Shown: positions 9,640 to 19,769 of the stretch, piece by piece | Layout: each line of letters starts with the position of its first letter | Numbering within the stretch: position 1 is the first letter of the stretch | Assembly: GCA_019649675.1 (NCBI GenBank) | Contig: BOWN01000001.1 | Span: forward strand, 209,979 to 273,978 | DNA from: Cryomorphaceae bacterium | Lineage (GTDB): Bacteria; Bacteroidota; Bacteroidia; Flavobacteriales; UBA7430 | DNA: 64,000 nt | Direction: 5' to 3' | Notes under the pieces: generated by a model | The model's database searches: none | The model's input: only the letters and a program-made list of their open reading frames with translations | Told to the model about the DNA's origin: nothing | Translations under genes and position numbers: made by a program

Positions 9640-10191
9640 ATGAACAAGATATTTATATTCTTTTTTATCATTTCTACACAAAATTTATTTTCACAGACTC
9701 ATGCAATTGAAGAATTAGTTGTGGATTTATCAGGTAATGCATCAGTCTCTGATTTTAGTAATAACACCTATTATCATGCTTATGATTCTTGTGATGTAAG
9801 TTGGACAATTATAGATGACTCTATTCCCAATGGTTGGTTATTTTCTATCTGTTTTCCTATATGTTATTCACCCGGAATTACATCAGCAAGTCAAGTTTTT
9901 CCAAATAATTCTGAACAATATCTAAATTGCCACATTTATCCAAATAACATTCCTGGATCAGGAGTGATTTATATGGAAATAACGACAAATGGAGTTCAAA
10001 GAGATACTGTTGAGTGGAGAGCAACTGCAATTAATGACTTGACTCTAAATGAATATTCTGAAACAAGCAATAGAAAGATTATCAATATTTATAATCTTGA
10101 AGGAAGAAAACTTTCTAAGGCAATTACAAATCAAGTAATTTTAATTGAATTTGATGACGGATTGATTGAAAAAAGAATAATGCTTAATTGA
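9640..10191 (+). CDS. Hypothetical secreted protein with compact T9SS-type C-terminal domain
   Basis: Start MNKIFIFFFIISTQNLFSQ (ATG 9640 inside ORF 9604-10191). Tail RKIINIYNLEGRKLSKAITNQVILIEFDDGLIEKRIMLN resembles a Por-secretion tail. Confidence 0.6.
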   Translation: MNKIFIFFFIISTQNLFSQTHAIEELVVDLSGNASVSDFSNNTYYHAYDSCDVSWTIIDDSIPNGWLFSICFPICYSPGITSASQVFPNNSEQYLNCHIYPNNIPGSGVIYMEITTNGVQRDTVEWRATAINDLTLNEYSETSNRKIINIYNLEGRKLSKAITNQVILIEFDDGLIEKRIMLN

Positions 10192-10368
10192 TATTTTCGA
10201 AATAACTTTTGAGTTTACTCTTCAAAATCTAATTAATATTAAGACATAATATTCAACATTAATTCTATCAATTCTTTCTAAAAACTCTTCGTTGGAGAAC
10301 TAAAAATTGGAGTCCTTTAGGTAAGTTTATTAGAAATAATTAACCCATTTTATAAAATATAATTAAAA

Positions 10369-10974
10369 ATGACTATGAATTTTTTTTTGTCAAATTTGAC
10401 TGTGCTGTCATTCGTATCAACAATTTTATTTTCTTTTTCTTGCCAAAATGAACTTAATGATTCAAATAACTATGCACATACAAATAAAGTTAACACTTTA
10501 GATTCTTTAGTTCAAAGTGAAGTGAAAATATACTGTACTTCCAAAGATACAGAAGAAAGGTTGTCAGAGAGAGAGTCCACTTATTTTATTAGTGCTAAAC
10601 AACCTCTAGAAACAGAAGTTTCTATTTTCGTAAATACCAAAAAGAAATTTCAAGAGTATATCGGAATAGGTGGAGCTATAACAGATGCTTCTTCGGAAGT
10701 TTTTTCTTCTTTGAACACACGTTTACAAAATGAGTTATTGAAAGCTTATTTTTCTGATGAAGGAATAAATTACAATATAATTAGAACCAGTATTCATAGT
10801 AGCGACTTTGGCTTAGGAAGTTACACTTACATTGAAGAGGGAGATCAAGACCTCAAAACTTTTTCAATTGTAAAAGACAAAGAAAAGCGCATACCTTTTA
10901 TAAAAAGAGTAAAAGGAATGATTGGAGATGATTTTATTTTTATGCTAGCCCATGGAGTCCTCCTGCATTTATGA
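10369..10974 (+). CDS. Glycoside hydrolase family 30 (glucosylceramidase-like), fragment 1 of 3 (gene span 10369-11862)
   Basis: Signal peptide, then YIGIGGAITDASSEVFSSL ... IIRTSIHSSDFG, the GH30 N-terminal pattern. Confidence 0.75.
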   Translation: MTMNFFLSNLTVLSFVSTILFSFSCQNELNDSNNYAHTNKVNTLDSLVQSEVKIYCTSKDTEERLSERESTYFISAKQPLETEVSIFVNTKKKFQEYIGIGGAITDASSEVFSSLNTRLQNELLKAYFSDEGINYNIIRTSIHSSDFGLGSYTYIEEGDQDLKTFSIVKDKEKRIPFIKRVKGMIGDDFIFMLAHGVLLHL

Positions 10975-11198
10975 AAACTAACAATAATATGTTATTTGGT
11001 GGAAAGTTAAAGCCCGAGTATTACCAATCATGGGCAAATTATTTTGTGAAGTTTATAAAATCATATGAAAATGAGGGCATACCTGTCTGGGGAATAACTA
11101 TACAAAATGAACCAATGGCAACACAACGCTGGGAGTCATGTATTTATTCGGCTGAAGAAGAACGCGATTTTCTTAAATTTTTCTGGGACCTACCTTAA
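10971..11198 (+). CDS. GH30 glycosidase, fragment 2 (acid/base region)
   Basis: WGITIQNEPMATQRWESCIYSAEEERDFLK contains the GH30 NEP acid/base motif. Confidence 0.8.
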   Translation: MKTNNNMLFGGKLKPEYYQSWANYFVKFIKSYENEGIPVWGITIQNEPMATQRWESCIYSAEEERDFLKFFWDLP

Positions 11199-11862
11199 AA
11201 GAAATGGATTACACAAAAATATTGTAGTATGGGATCATAATAGAGATTTGATCAGTCATAGAGCAAATACAATATTTAATGACTCAATAGCAATGTCATA
11301 TGCTTGGGGAATAGGATTTCACTGGTATGAAACATGGACGGGAGGAGCTCCAAAATATGACAATCTTAAAAATATTAATGCAACATTTCCTTCTAAGAAA
11401 ATTCTATTTACGGAAGGTTGTCAAGAAAAATTTGATCCAAACCAATACCAAAGATGGTCAAACGCAGAAAGGTATGGAAATGCTATGATTAATGATTTTA
11501 ATAGCGGAACTGTAGGTTGGACAGATTGGAATATTCTACTAAATGAAAAGGGGCCCAACCATGTTGGTAATTTTTGTTTTGCTCCAATTCATGCTGATTT
11601 AGAATCAAATCGTTTAATATACACTCCATCGTATTATTATATTGGACATTTTTCAAAATTTATAAAACCCGGTGCTCGAAGAATTAGTACAACTACTAGT
11701 ATTAGTAAAATTGAAAGTACTTCGTTCCAAAATCCTGATGGCGGATTTGTTACTATTGTAATGAATCGAACTGATGAGCCAATTAAGTTTAATTTAATAG
11801 TTAACGAATTAGAAGTGAAGTATTTAATAGAGCCACATTCAATGCAGACTTTAACCTATTAA
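11107..11862 (+). CDS. GH30 glycosidase, fragment 3 (nucleophile region and C-terminal beta domain)
   Basis: VVWDHNRD, ILFTEGCQE (nucleophile Glu context), WTDWNILLNEKGPNHVGNFCFAPIHAD. Confidence 0.8.
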   Translation: MNQWQHNAGSHVFIRLKKNAIFLNFSGTYLKRNGLHKNIVVWDHNRDLISHRANTIFNDSIAMSYAWGIGFHWYETWTGGAPKYDNLKNINATFPSKKILFTEGCQEKFDPNQYQRWSNAERYGNAMINDFNSGTVGWTDWNILLNEKGPNHVGNFCFAPIHADLESNRLIYTPSYYYIGHFSKFIKPGARRISTTTSISKIESTSFQNPDGGFVTIVMNRTDEPIKFNLIVNELEVKYLIEPHSMQTLTY

Positions 11863-12005
11863 ATTAATCATATTATTTATTGTAATTATTTTCTTTAAAG
11901 ACTTAGTTGATTATTCTCATATTTTTAAAATTATTCTCTTAAGTGGTTTGTATGAGAACCTTCAAGGGGAGCCATTTTTGGTCAGGTTATCTCTAAAACT
12001 AAAAA

Positions 12006-12284
12006 TTAAGGAAGAGAGTAAGGGCTTGGTATTTGATTTATATCAATCATTAAATACCACATTGAAAGACAAGCCAAAATAAAGACTCCGATAAATATAT
12101 CTTTCAACTTATCATCAAGATTATATTTTTCATTGACACCACTCTTATATAGTCGAAATAAATATATAGGTGTTAATAGAAATAGGGAGATAGTGACACT
12201 CCATGTAATCAAAAAATTTGCATATGGCCAATGCATTATCTTAAACGTTACGCCTAACATCACTGTACCAAAAAGAAACAACAA
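12006..12284 (-). CDS. Integral membrane protein with GldL-N-like FK..H...A helix repeats, C-terminal fragment
   Basis: GVTFKIMHWPYANFLI motif plus further TM helices. Contiguous with 12260-12472 in another frame. Confidence 0.35.
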   Translation of the reverse strand: MLFLFGTVMLGVTFKIMHWPYANFLITWSVTISLFLLTPIYLFRLYKSGVNEKYNLDDKLKDIFIGVFILACLSMWYLMIDINQIPSPYSLP

Positions 12285-12472
12285 ATAGAATTAAATATTT
12301 TCCCTTTATTTAGAAGGTTATATATAATTGCAGGAATGAAAACGATAGAAAACGATAGATTACCAGCTAAAAATAATGCTAATGCTCCTTTTAAGTGAAA
12401 AGCTTTAAAGATGCACCCAATAAAAATAATAATTGCTGAAATAATTCCAATTTTGGAGTGTGTTTTGGTCAT
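12260..12472 (-). CDS. Integral membrane protein with FK..H...A repeats, N-terminal fragment
   Basis: IGCIFKAFHLKGALALFLAG motif. Two TM helices. Confidence 0.35.
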   Translation of the reverse strand: MTKTHSKIGIISAIIIFIGCIFKAFHLKGALALFLAGNLSFSIVFIPAIIYNLLNKGKIFNSICCFFLVQ

Positions 12473-12700
12473 TGCTGCAGAAATTTAGTATTTGATAGAA
12501 AATAAATTACACATGATTTTTTATCAACATTAAGTCTATTTTCATCTCATAAAATTCTTCAAATTTTCCAAAATAGATTAATACGAGAACCAACAAGGGT
12601 AGCCTTATAATAAAACTTAAATTTGAGGTTATTTGTACTGTTTTTGTGATTCCACAACCTAAATTATAAATTAATTTAAAAATAATATTATATAAATAAA

Positions 12701-13841
12701 TTACAAAGAAAATAAACGCTTAATAAGTGCTTTTAGAAATATTTTTTTGGGAAATGAAGTTGTTATTTTAAAATCTTCTATAAAGTTAGATGAATCATCT
12801 AAAAATCTAAATATTGTCTTTATATCAACCTTATTAAACAACTGTGAAAACAATTCAGAACCAAGATGGTTTTTGTTGCTAACACATCTAAAAATAACAT
12901 ATCATAAAAATAAAATCTTGATTTTTCTCAAACTTTGAAAGATCAGAATTCCTTTTTATGTAAGAGATTAAATCTCGTGTTTTTACTACAATTATTAAAG
13001 GTGTAGCCCGTACTTGCTTTAGTCCATCCACCATTTGTTCCAATATTAAGAATATTTGAATCATTATGAGTAGAAAAAGGATAAGATGTCATTGGTATTG
13101 AACCTTGCTCTTTTCTAAGTATCTCGTAATTCGTAATACCTTTCCGATAAAGATAAGCCTCAATAGCAGACTCATAGCTTGAATAAGCTAATAATTTTTT
13201 GAAAAGAGTGTATACTCAACTAAAGCTTCATTATTATTAAAGGGTAATATATACATGAATCTAGTATTGCCTTCTTGAGGAATATCAAAATCCATGAAAG
13301 TTGCAGCAGAGGAGTCAAAAGAACACGAATCACTTTTAATAAACCAACCTACAAAATGTTGTTTAAGAACAGGATATTTATTTTGTTTAGTATAATTTTC
13401 AGAATTAGGAATGCTATTAAATACTTTAGAAGCCTTAAACTTTGATCTATGAGTATGAACTTCAACGTATTTATTATTCGAAACTAGCTTAACAATTTCT
13501 TGCTTGAGAAACTTAATATTTGACTTTGAACGAATCACAGACCAAACTTCATGGTAGAAATCTTTGCTGTGAATCATTTTATATCGATATGAATCTAAAG
13601 GTATTTTTAATTTAGATATTGAATTTGCAAAAATAACAGAATTCCAAGATTTGGAAACTAAGTTATCCCATTCTCCTTTACCATCTTCCCAGAAAGACCA
13701 TGTTTTATCATCAGCAATCCGTTCGATCGGATCTAAAATTAAAATTGATTTTTGATCAAAAAATGAATCATTTGCTAATCTGTATGCAAGCATTAAACCT
13801 GCAGCACCAGCACCAGTTATTATATAATCGTAGTACTTCAT
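12701..13841 (-). CDS. crtY: Lycopene beta-cyclase CrtY, frame broken twice (intact N-terminal piece 13188-13841)
   Basis: MKYYDYIITGAGAAGLMLAYRL FAD fold and DKTWSFWE. Downstream frames read GSIPMTSYPF...IGTNGGWTKASTGYTF and FYDMLFLDVL...FRFLDD, ending ALIKRLFSL-stop at 12701. Confidence 0.85.
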
Positions 13842-14463
13842 TTATTTGAATAAAAAAACAGTGAAAAATACAAATAAGCAGGTAATTATATGACATGATA
13901 TTTTTGCATTAGTATCAATCTTATAAGATTGATACCATAAATGGGCTAAACTTGAAACAATAAACCAAGCAAAGTAGTTCTGTATTGGAACTATTCCATC
14001 TTTAAATACCCAAAAGTCAAATCTTGGAGCTGAGATTTCATTATTACATCCAAGATTGTCATTAAAAGTGCGCCAATCAAAATCCTTGTAACTTTATTTG
14101 GAGTTATTAATTTAGCAACATCTGCACTGACTATTGTGAGTAAGCACCAATTAAGACATATAACTAATGGAACTCCAAGTATTTTTAATCCTAAGTTTTC
14201 ACCATAGGTATAAGAACCATAAATCAAATCGAAATTAACACCTAATACTTCAGTAATAAAGCCTAACATGGTTGGTATAGAGATTGCCTTGAGAACTTCT
14301 ACGGACTTTTCTTTTGAGCATAATAATATTAAAAGAAAATTAAGAGAAAGATACAAAGGTGTAAGAGCTAAAAACTTGCACTAGCAGAAGACATAATGCC
14401 CAGAATTCCTGATATAGTAGACAACCAAACTAATCCTATATAAAGTTTTATTTTGGTATTCAT
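13842..14463 (-). CDS. Carotenoid biosynthesis membrane protein (DUF422/Caroten_synth-like), frameshifted (largest piece 13991-14356)
   Basis: Polytopic membrane protein between crtI and crtY. Its stop TAA abuts the crtY ATG (TAAATG). MNTKIKLYIGLVWLSTISG start at 14463 and tail DFWVFKDGIVPIQNYFAWFIVSSLAHLW. Confidence 0.5.
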
Positions 14464-14478
14464 GATTTTGAGCTTTTA

Positions 14479-14667
<189 letters not shown>

Positions 14668-14737
14668 TCAATATCTCTGGGATCTAAAACAGATTCAAAA
14701 TTAATAAGCTGATTCAAATCAACCTTAAGTACTCTAC

Positions 14738-15451
14738 TTAGTTTTTTATAATATTAATTCTTGTTTGTATGATAATAGCATCCCAATCTTGACCATTATT
14801 TGTTGGAGCATTGACCATAGTAAACCAATTTTCGCATCCCTCAGGTGCATCTGTACTCTCTTCTTTTGAACTTATATTTATATAAACAGTAGGATCATCA
14901 CAAATTAATTGATCTTGGAAAATAAGCTTAAATTCGTTCTTATAATCTGCTGAGAAAAAAATGTTATGCAAATCCAAATCCGGAAAAGTTTTTGTTATTC
15001 CCCAATAAAAAATAAGTGCTGAGCTACTTCTTTCTTGTGAAAGGATTCTTTTCGGAGCCTTTTCTTTTGGTAATAATTTTGTGTATGTTGGAACAATATC
15101 AGCATTAGAAATAACTATATCTGATGGAATAAAACTTTTTCCAGTCTTAATACCAACAACTTTAGTTCTTTTAGTAATAATTTCATCAACCTTAGTGTTA
15201 AAGTGAAACTGAATCCCAATATCTTTAGCTAACTTTTCAAGACTCTTTGTAATTTGATGCATTCCGCCTTCTGGAAAATAAGTTCCAAATGATTGCTCTA
15301 GACTAGGAATCATAGACATAATTCCAGGAGTACGATATGGCGAGGAACCGTTATAAGTTGCAAATCTATTATAAAACTGAATTAATCTAGGGTCTTTAAA
15401 AATAGTTGAATTATAATCAGATAAGTTTTTGTTGATATCAAGTTTAGTCAA
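14738..15451 (-). CDS. crtI: Phytoene desaturase CrtI, central fragment (gene span 14476-15938)
   Basis: FATYNGSSPYRTPGIMSMIPSLEQSFGTYFPEGGMHQITKSL is the CrtI signature. The C-terminal piece 14476-14740 reads [21 protein letters not shown]. Confidence 0.9.
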   Translation of the reverse strand: MTKLDINKNLSDYNSTIFKDPRLIQFYNRFATYNGSSPYRTPGIMSMIPSLEQSFGTYFPEGGMHQITKSLEKLAKDIGIQFHFNTKVDEIITKRTKVVGIKTGKSFIPSDIVISNADIVPTYTKLLPKEKAPKRILSQERSSSALIFYWGITKTFPDLDLHNIFFSADYKNEFKLIFQDQLICDDPTVYINISSKEESTDAPEGCENWFTMVNAPTNNGQDWDAIIIQTRINIIKN

Positions 15452-15465
15452 GTTTAATAAAGCCT

Positions 15466-15780
15466 TTAAAAGTATCTTTTGAGAGATAAGTCGATATCTT
15501 GTGAAGAGAATTTTCCAAAAATAATGAAGATGTTAGGTTGTATTTTTTTGACAATTGTAAAGATAATCGAGAATAGTTTTTCTTCTACATCGAAAGTATT
15601 GGATGCACTTTTAGCAAATTCACATATATCAGCAGGTGCAGAGAATTTAGTACCATCTTCATAAAAATAATTACATATAACTGACTTTCGTTTATAAGTA
15701 AAATAATTTTCAATAGGCTTATTAGCAATTTCGAATATATCTTCAATAAGATTAGGCATGGTAAATAATGAAGGGCCCAT
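15466..15780 (-). CDS. crtI: Phytoene desaturase CrtI, N-proximal fragment
   Basis: MGPSLFTMPNLIEDIFE. Upstream piece 15780-15938 in another frame: [41 protein letters not shown] (dinucleotide fold). Confidence 0.85.
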   Translation of the reverse strand: MGPSLFTMPNLIEDIFEIANKPIENYFTYKRKSVICNYFYEDGTKFSAPADICEFAKSASNTFDVEEKLFSIIFTIVKKIQPNIFIIFGKFSSQDIDLSLKRYF

Positions 15781-15815
15781 GTCGAATCTGTAACCATTTG
15801 ATTTGAATGCTGTTA

Positions 15816-15992
<177 letters not shown>

Positions 15993-16225
15993 TTAGTGAA
16001 ATGATAGATATAGAGTGTATTAGGCAAAATATTACTCCAAGACCAATTTTAAATTATTATTTCGGTTAAATTTTAGTTATGATCTTTCTATATGGGAATG
16101 AAATGAGAATCTACAAGGAAGTCATTCATATTAAAGTATTTAAAAAAATATCTTTTTTATTTATTATTTTTATTACTAAAATTTAACCCTGTAACTTATT
16201 GTTAATTATTTTAAATTGAAACTAA

Positions 16226-16450
16226 ATGAATCAACAAAGTTTGTATATATATTTCTCACAATGGTCCGTATCATTTGAGCAGGAAATCGAAGTCTCTGTT
16301 TTAAGATTGTGGGAGATTATTTCAATGCCTGGTCATCTTGAAAAGTTTCATCCCTACTGCAAAAAAAATGAGGCTATCAAATGGCCAGGTTTAAAATCTC
16401 AAGATATTCTGACTTATCTAAATGGAAAACATACAAGCGTGAGATTTTAG
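16226..16450 (+). CDS. SRPBCC (START/cyclase-dehydrase-like) protein, fragment 1 (gene span 16226-16742)
   Basis: VSFEQEIEVSVLRLWEIISMPGHLEKFHPYCKKNEAIKWPG. Divergent from the crt operon. Confidence 0.4.
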   Translation: MNQQSLYIYFSQWSVSFEQEIEVSVLRLWEIISMPGHLEKFHPYCKKNEAIKWPGLKSQDILTYLNGKHTSVRF

Positions 16451-16641
16451 AGTGGAATACTAATGAGTCATTTAGTCTATTAATTGGAGAGATTGATGGA
16501 CCTAAATCATTTGTGAAATGGGAATTTATAGATAATAAAAAGAATACTAAAGTTAAGATTACTATATATCCACACCTTCTCATCAGTTGGCCTATTTTTT
16601 GTCCTATATACCTTATAAATGGTATATTTCACCCAAGTTAA
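16381..16641 (+). CDS. SRPBCC protein, fragment 2
   Basis: TYKREILEWNTNESFSLLIGEIDGPKSFVKWEFIDNKKNTKVKITIYP. A third frame carries the tail to the stop at 16742. Confidence 0.4.
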   Translation: MARFKISRYSDLSKWKTYKREILEWNTNESFSLLIGEIDGPKSFVKWEFIDNKKNTKVKITIYPHLLISWPIFCPIYLINGIFHPS

Positions 16642-16919
16642 AAAGCTATTTAAAGGCAGTCTTGAGCGGTCTAAAGTTATATGCTGAAAAAGCCCAGGTA
16701 TCAAAAGAAGATATGCAGACTAGCCACCCATGGTTTTCTTAAATTACATCATTCTTTTAATAGATTCTATTATTTAGATTTTATTTCACATATGTTCTGT
16801 TATTTATTAAGTCTTTCCATAAATGGTTTAAAAGAGAATTTACAATACATTTTTATAGTCAGTCTATTTTAAAAAAACTTGATTTTATATTTTTTATATT
16901 TAATCCAATTATTCTTGTT

Positions 16920-17606
16920 ATGAAAAAACTACTGCTTAAAATACTTTTTTTTTACATATTCATTTTATCATCCTGTTACCCCTCATACGTAGTTAGTTCA
17001 GGTGATGTGTTAGATAAAGGTAAAGCCTCATTAAATATTGGTGTTTTTGCACCGTTTATTAATCCTGGGGTTAATGTACGTTATGGTATTGGAAATAAAA
17101 ATGAACTTCACTTACAATCTTCATTATTATCTCATGAATTAGGATTTAGACACTCAATTGATAATAATTATTTTTCCACAAAATCTAGTTTAGGTTTAAC
17201 GATAGGTAGAGGTTTCTTTTCATATGGCACCGGCGAATTTGTCGATGAACCATCTTTATGGGACCCATCTGATACAACTTCTCAAGAAATAACAAATGAT
17301 GCTTATTTAACATTACTTCGAGCACCATTTATTTTTAGTTGGAGTGAAAAAGAAAATAAAGTGATTATGTTTGGTCATATTGCTCCAACACTTGCGACAA
17401 AAAATAATGAATTCGGACTTGGTATGTCGTTAAGTGTAGGAGCTAATGTCAAAATCAAAAATAATTTTGGTTTCTGTATTTCTCCATTTATACATTATCC
17501 ACTAGGGGGCTTTAATGAGGGAGATTTTTTAGGATATAAAGTTGATAACCCTTTTTTTTTATATAATTTCGGAATAATGTTCGGACTCCAGTTAGGACAG
17601 TTTTGA
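16920..17606 (+). CDS. Hypothetical lipoprotein, possibly outer-membrane beta-barrel
   Basis: MKKLLLKILFFYIFILSSC lipobox. Gly/aromatic-rich alternating pattern with a C-terminal F. Confidence 0.45.
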   Translation: MKKLLLKILFFYIFILSSCYPSYVVSSGDVLDKGKASLNIGVFAPFINPGVNVRYGIGNKNELHLQSSLLSHELGFRHSIDNNYFSTKSSLGLTIGRGFFSYGTGEFVDEPSLWDPSDTTSQEITNDAYLTLLRAPFIFSWSEKENKVIMFGHIAPTLATKNNEFGLGMSLSVGANVKIKNNFGFCISPFIHYPLGGFNEGDFLGYKVDNPFFLYNFGIMFGLQLGQF

Positions 17607-17731
17607 AATTAGTTCAAAGTAAAATCTAAAAGGTGTGTCTTAAAGATTCGTTTAGTTTTAAAACACAAACTAAGTTTCCTTATTCAAATTTATCATAGAT
17701 GATAAATTTTCATATTCAACATGTTAGCTGC

Positions 17732-18175
17732 TTATGGTAACTTCCATCCTTCAATATTGTAGGTGGAATAACTAGAGGAATAACTTGGTGGTGGAGGTGA
17801 AACAATATTAAAAAAAGTTGAATCAGTAATTATCCATCCAGTATTACCGCCATAATACTCAGAGTAAACATAACCACTGTCATTTAGATTATAAATAATG
17901 GGTGCACAGTTTCCACAGTACTTAAAAATAAGCTCATCTATATTTTCTCCTGATTGAATACTTCCAGTGCTATCGTTATAATCTGTGAAATATGTCACGT
18001 TTGTTATTCATTCTGAATTAAGTAAAGAATCATATACATAGTAACCTGAATATGAAATGCCATAACCCTTAAAATTCCAATTACCATTGTAAATGCTGGA
18101 AATGTAGTTGGCTTTTTCTTCTTCACATCCCAAGAAAAATATAAATGGAATAAATAGAAATAATAATTTTTTCAT
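17732..18175 (-). CDS. Hypothetical lipoprotein, frameshifted (intact piece 17732-17998)
   Basis: ATG 18175 gives MKKLLFLFIPFIFFLGC and the frame changes near 18000. No family recognised. Confidence 0.4.
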
Positions 18176-18240
18176 ACTCCAAATATAATGTTCTTGAATT
18201 TAGAAAAGTGAAAGCCAATTATCTCGAGTGAATTTGCTGT

Positions 18241-18335
18241 CTTTTAAAAATACTTAAATCACTTAACTTTGAGAAATAGACTAAAAAAGGAGGTTTAAAG
18301 GTCAGATTATTTTAAAAAGAACTTGACCTTTTTTA
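18241..18335 (+). repeat. Intergenic cassette, instance E
   Basis: ...AAAGGTCAGATTATTTTAAAAAGAACTTGACCTTTTTTAT, followed by TATATTTG and ATG 18367. Confidence 0.5.
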
Positions 18336-18366
18336 TATTTGATTATTAATTTTTTAAAAATTCAAA

Positions 18367-19410
18367 ATGAAAAAGCTGCTTAGTATCATAATTCTATTTC
18401 CGTTGATTGGATTATCACAAGAATTAATTACCAATAATATTTTTTATGATGGTCACAATAGAGAATACACTATTTATATTCCTCAAACTTATTCATCCTT
18501 AAATCCTGAACCAATTTTATTTGCCTTTCATGGAGGAAGTGGATATTCAGATGATTTTATGAACTATGAAGCAGATTTGAGACCAATTGCAGACACCGCA
18601 GGATTTATATTAGTTTATCCTCAGGCACTTGAAGATCCAAATGACGAGAATTCTACAAATTGGCTTCATAAAGACCCTACGGATCATAAAGATATATTTT
18701 TTATTGAAACTCTTATTGATACAATTGCATCTAACTATAATGTAGATCTTAGTAGAGTATATGCATGTGGTTATTCTTTGGGGGGAATGTTTGCTTATGA
18801 GTTAGCGTGTCAATTAAATAATAAAATCACCTCAATTGTAGCAGTTGCTGGAGCAGCATTTTATGGAGCATTCGCATATTGTGAGTTAACTCACCCAACA
18901 CCTGTTTTGAGTATATCAGGCACAAATGACGGGGAACATCCTTACAATGACACAAATGGTTGGTATTTCCCAGTCGCAGAAATAAATAATTATTGGGCAA
19001 CTTCTAACAATACTGATCTTTCACCTCTAGTTGAAGAACTTCCCAATATAGATACAAGTGATGGAAGTTCGGTTGAAAGATATTCATGGATAAACGGTGA
19101 TGGGTGTGTTTCAGTTGAAGAATTAAAAATAATTAATGGCGGACATGACTGGCCTTCTCCCCTTTCACCATGGTCTAATCAAGATATTAATGCAAATAGT
19201 GAAATCTGGAATTTTGTTTCAAAATACAACATGGATGGTCTAATTGGTTGTGATGATTTATCTGTAAAAGTTAAAGATATTTCCGATGAAAGAGAGCTGG
19301 TGAAAATCATAAATGTTGTTGGTCAAGAAGTTAATTCAACTACGAATAAAGGTGAAATTTTATTCTACATCTACAGAGACGGAACTGTTCAAAAGAAAAT
19401 AAATTTTTAG
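18367..19410 (+). CDS. Secreted PHB-depolymerase-family esterase (LpqC/COG3509-like) with compact T9SS C-terminal domain
   Basis: NREYTIYIPQTY..PILFAFHGGSG, nucleophile elbow GYSLGG, tail LVKIINVVGQEVNSTTNKGEILFYIYRDGTVQKKINF. Confidence 0.8.
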   Translation: MKKLLSIIILFPLIGLSQELITNNIFYDGHNREYTIYIPQTYSSLNPEPILFAFHGGSGYSDDFMNYEADLRPIADTAGFILVYPQALEDPNDENSTNWLHKDPTDHKDIFFIETLIDTIASNYNVDLSRVYACGYSLGGMFAYELACQLNNKITSIVAVAGAAFYGAFAYCELTHPTPVLSISGTNDGEHPYNDTNGWYFPVAEINNYWATSNNTDLSPLVEELPNIDTSDGSSVERYSWINGDGCVSVEELKIINGGHDWPSPLSPWSNQDINANSEIWNFVSKYNMDGLIGCDDLSVKVKDISDERELVKIINVVGQEVNSTTNKGEILFYIYRDGTVQKKINF

Positions 19411-19640
19411 AATAAAAGCATTTAATCTGATTTGCATATCAAACTCTATACTTTTTAAATAATTACAAAAGTATTTCGAATAAGCAACTTAAAGTGGAGA
19501 CTTAAGGGTTTATTCAATTTTATACTCATTTAGTTTAACATTATTATAATTCAATTAACTCTTTACCTAATTAACTTTATCGCATTGCAAAAGAATTAGC
19601 AATTAGATAAATTAACTCTTCTATAGATTTCTATTATTCT

Positions 19641-19733
19641 CTAAACCTTTTTAAATATCTCGATAAGCGACTGAATGAGGACTAATAAGTAGAGCCGTTT
19701 AGGTTTAGTTGTTTAAAAAAACTTGACTTTTAT
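19641..19733 (+). repeat. Intergenic cassette, instance G (a 5' half-copy lies at 19446-19520)
   Basis: ctctaaaccTTTTTAAATATCTCGATAAGCGAC...GTTGTTTAAAAAAACTTGACTTTTATTA. Confidence 0.45.
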
Positions 19734-19769
19734 TAATTCTTGTATATTTAAGTTAATAAAATTAATACG

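Noticed and set aside
12747-12938. 63-aa plus-strand ORF
   Set aside because: It lies antisense to the C-terminal third of crtY, whose conserved motifs (FYDMLFLDVL, FRFLDD) read on the minus strand.
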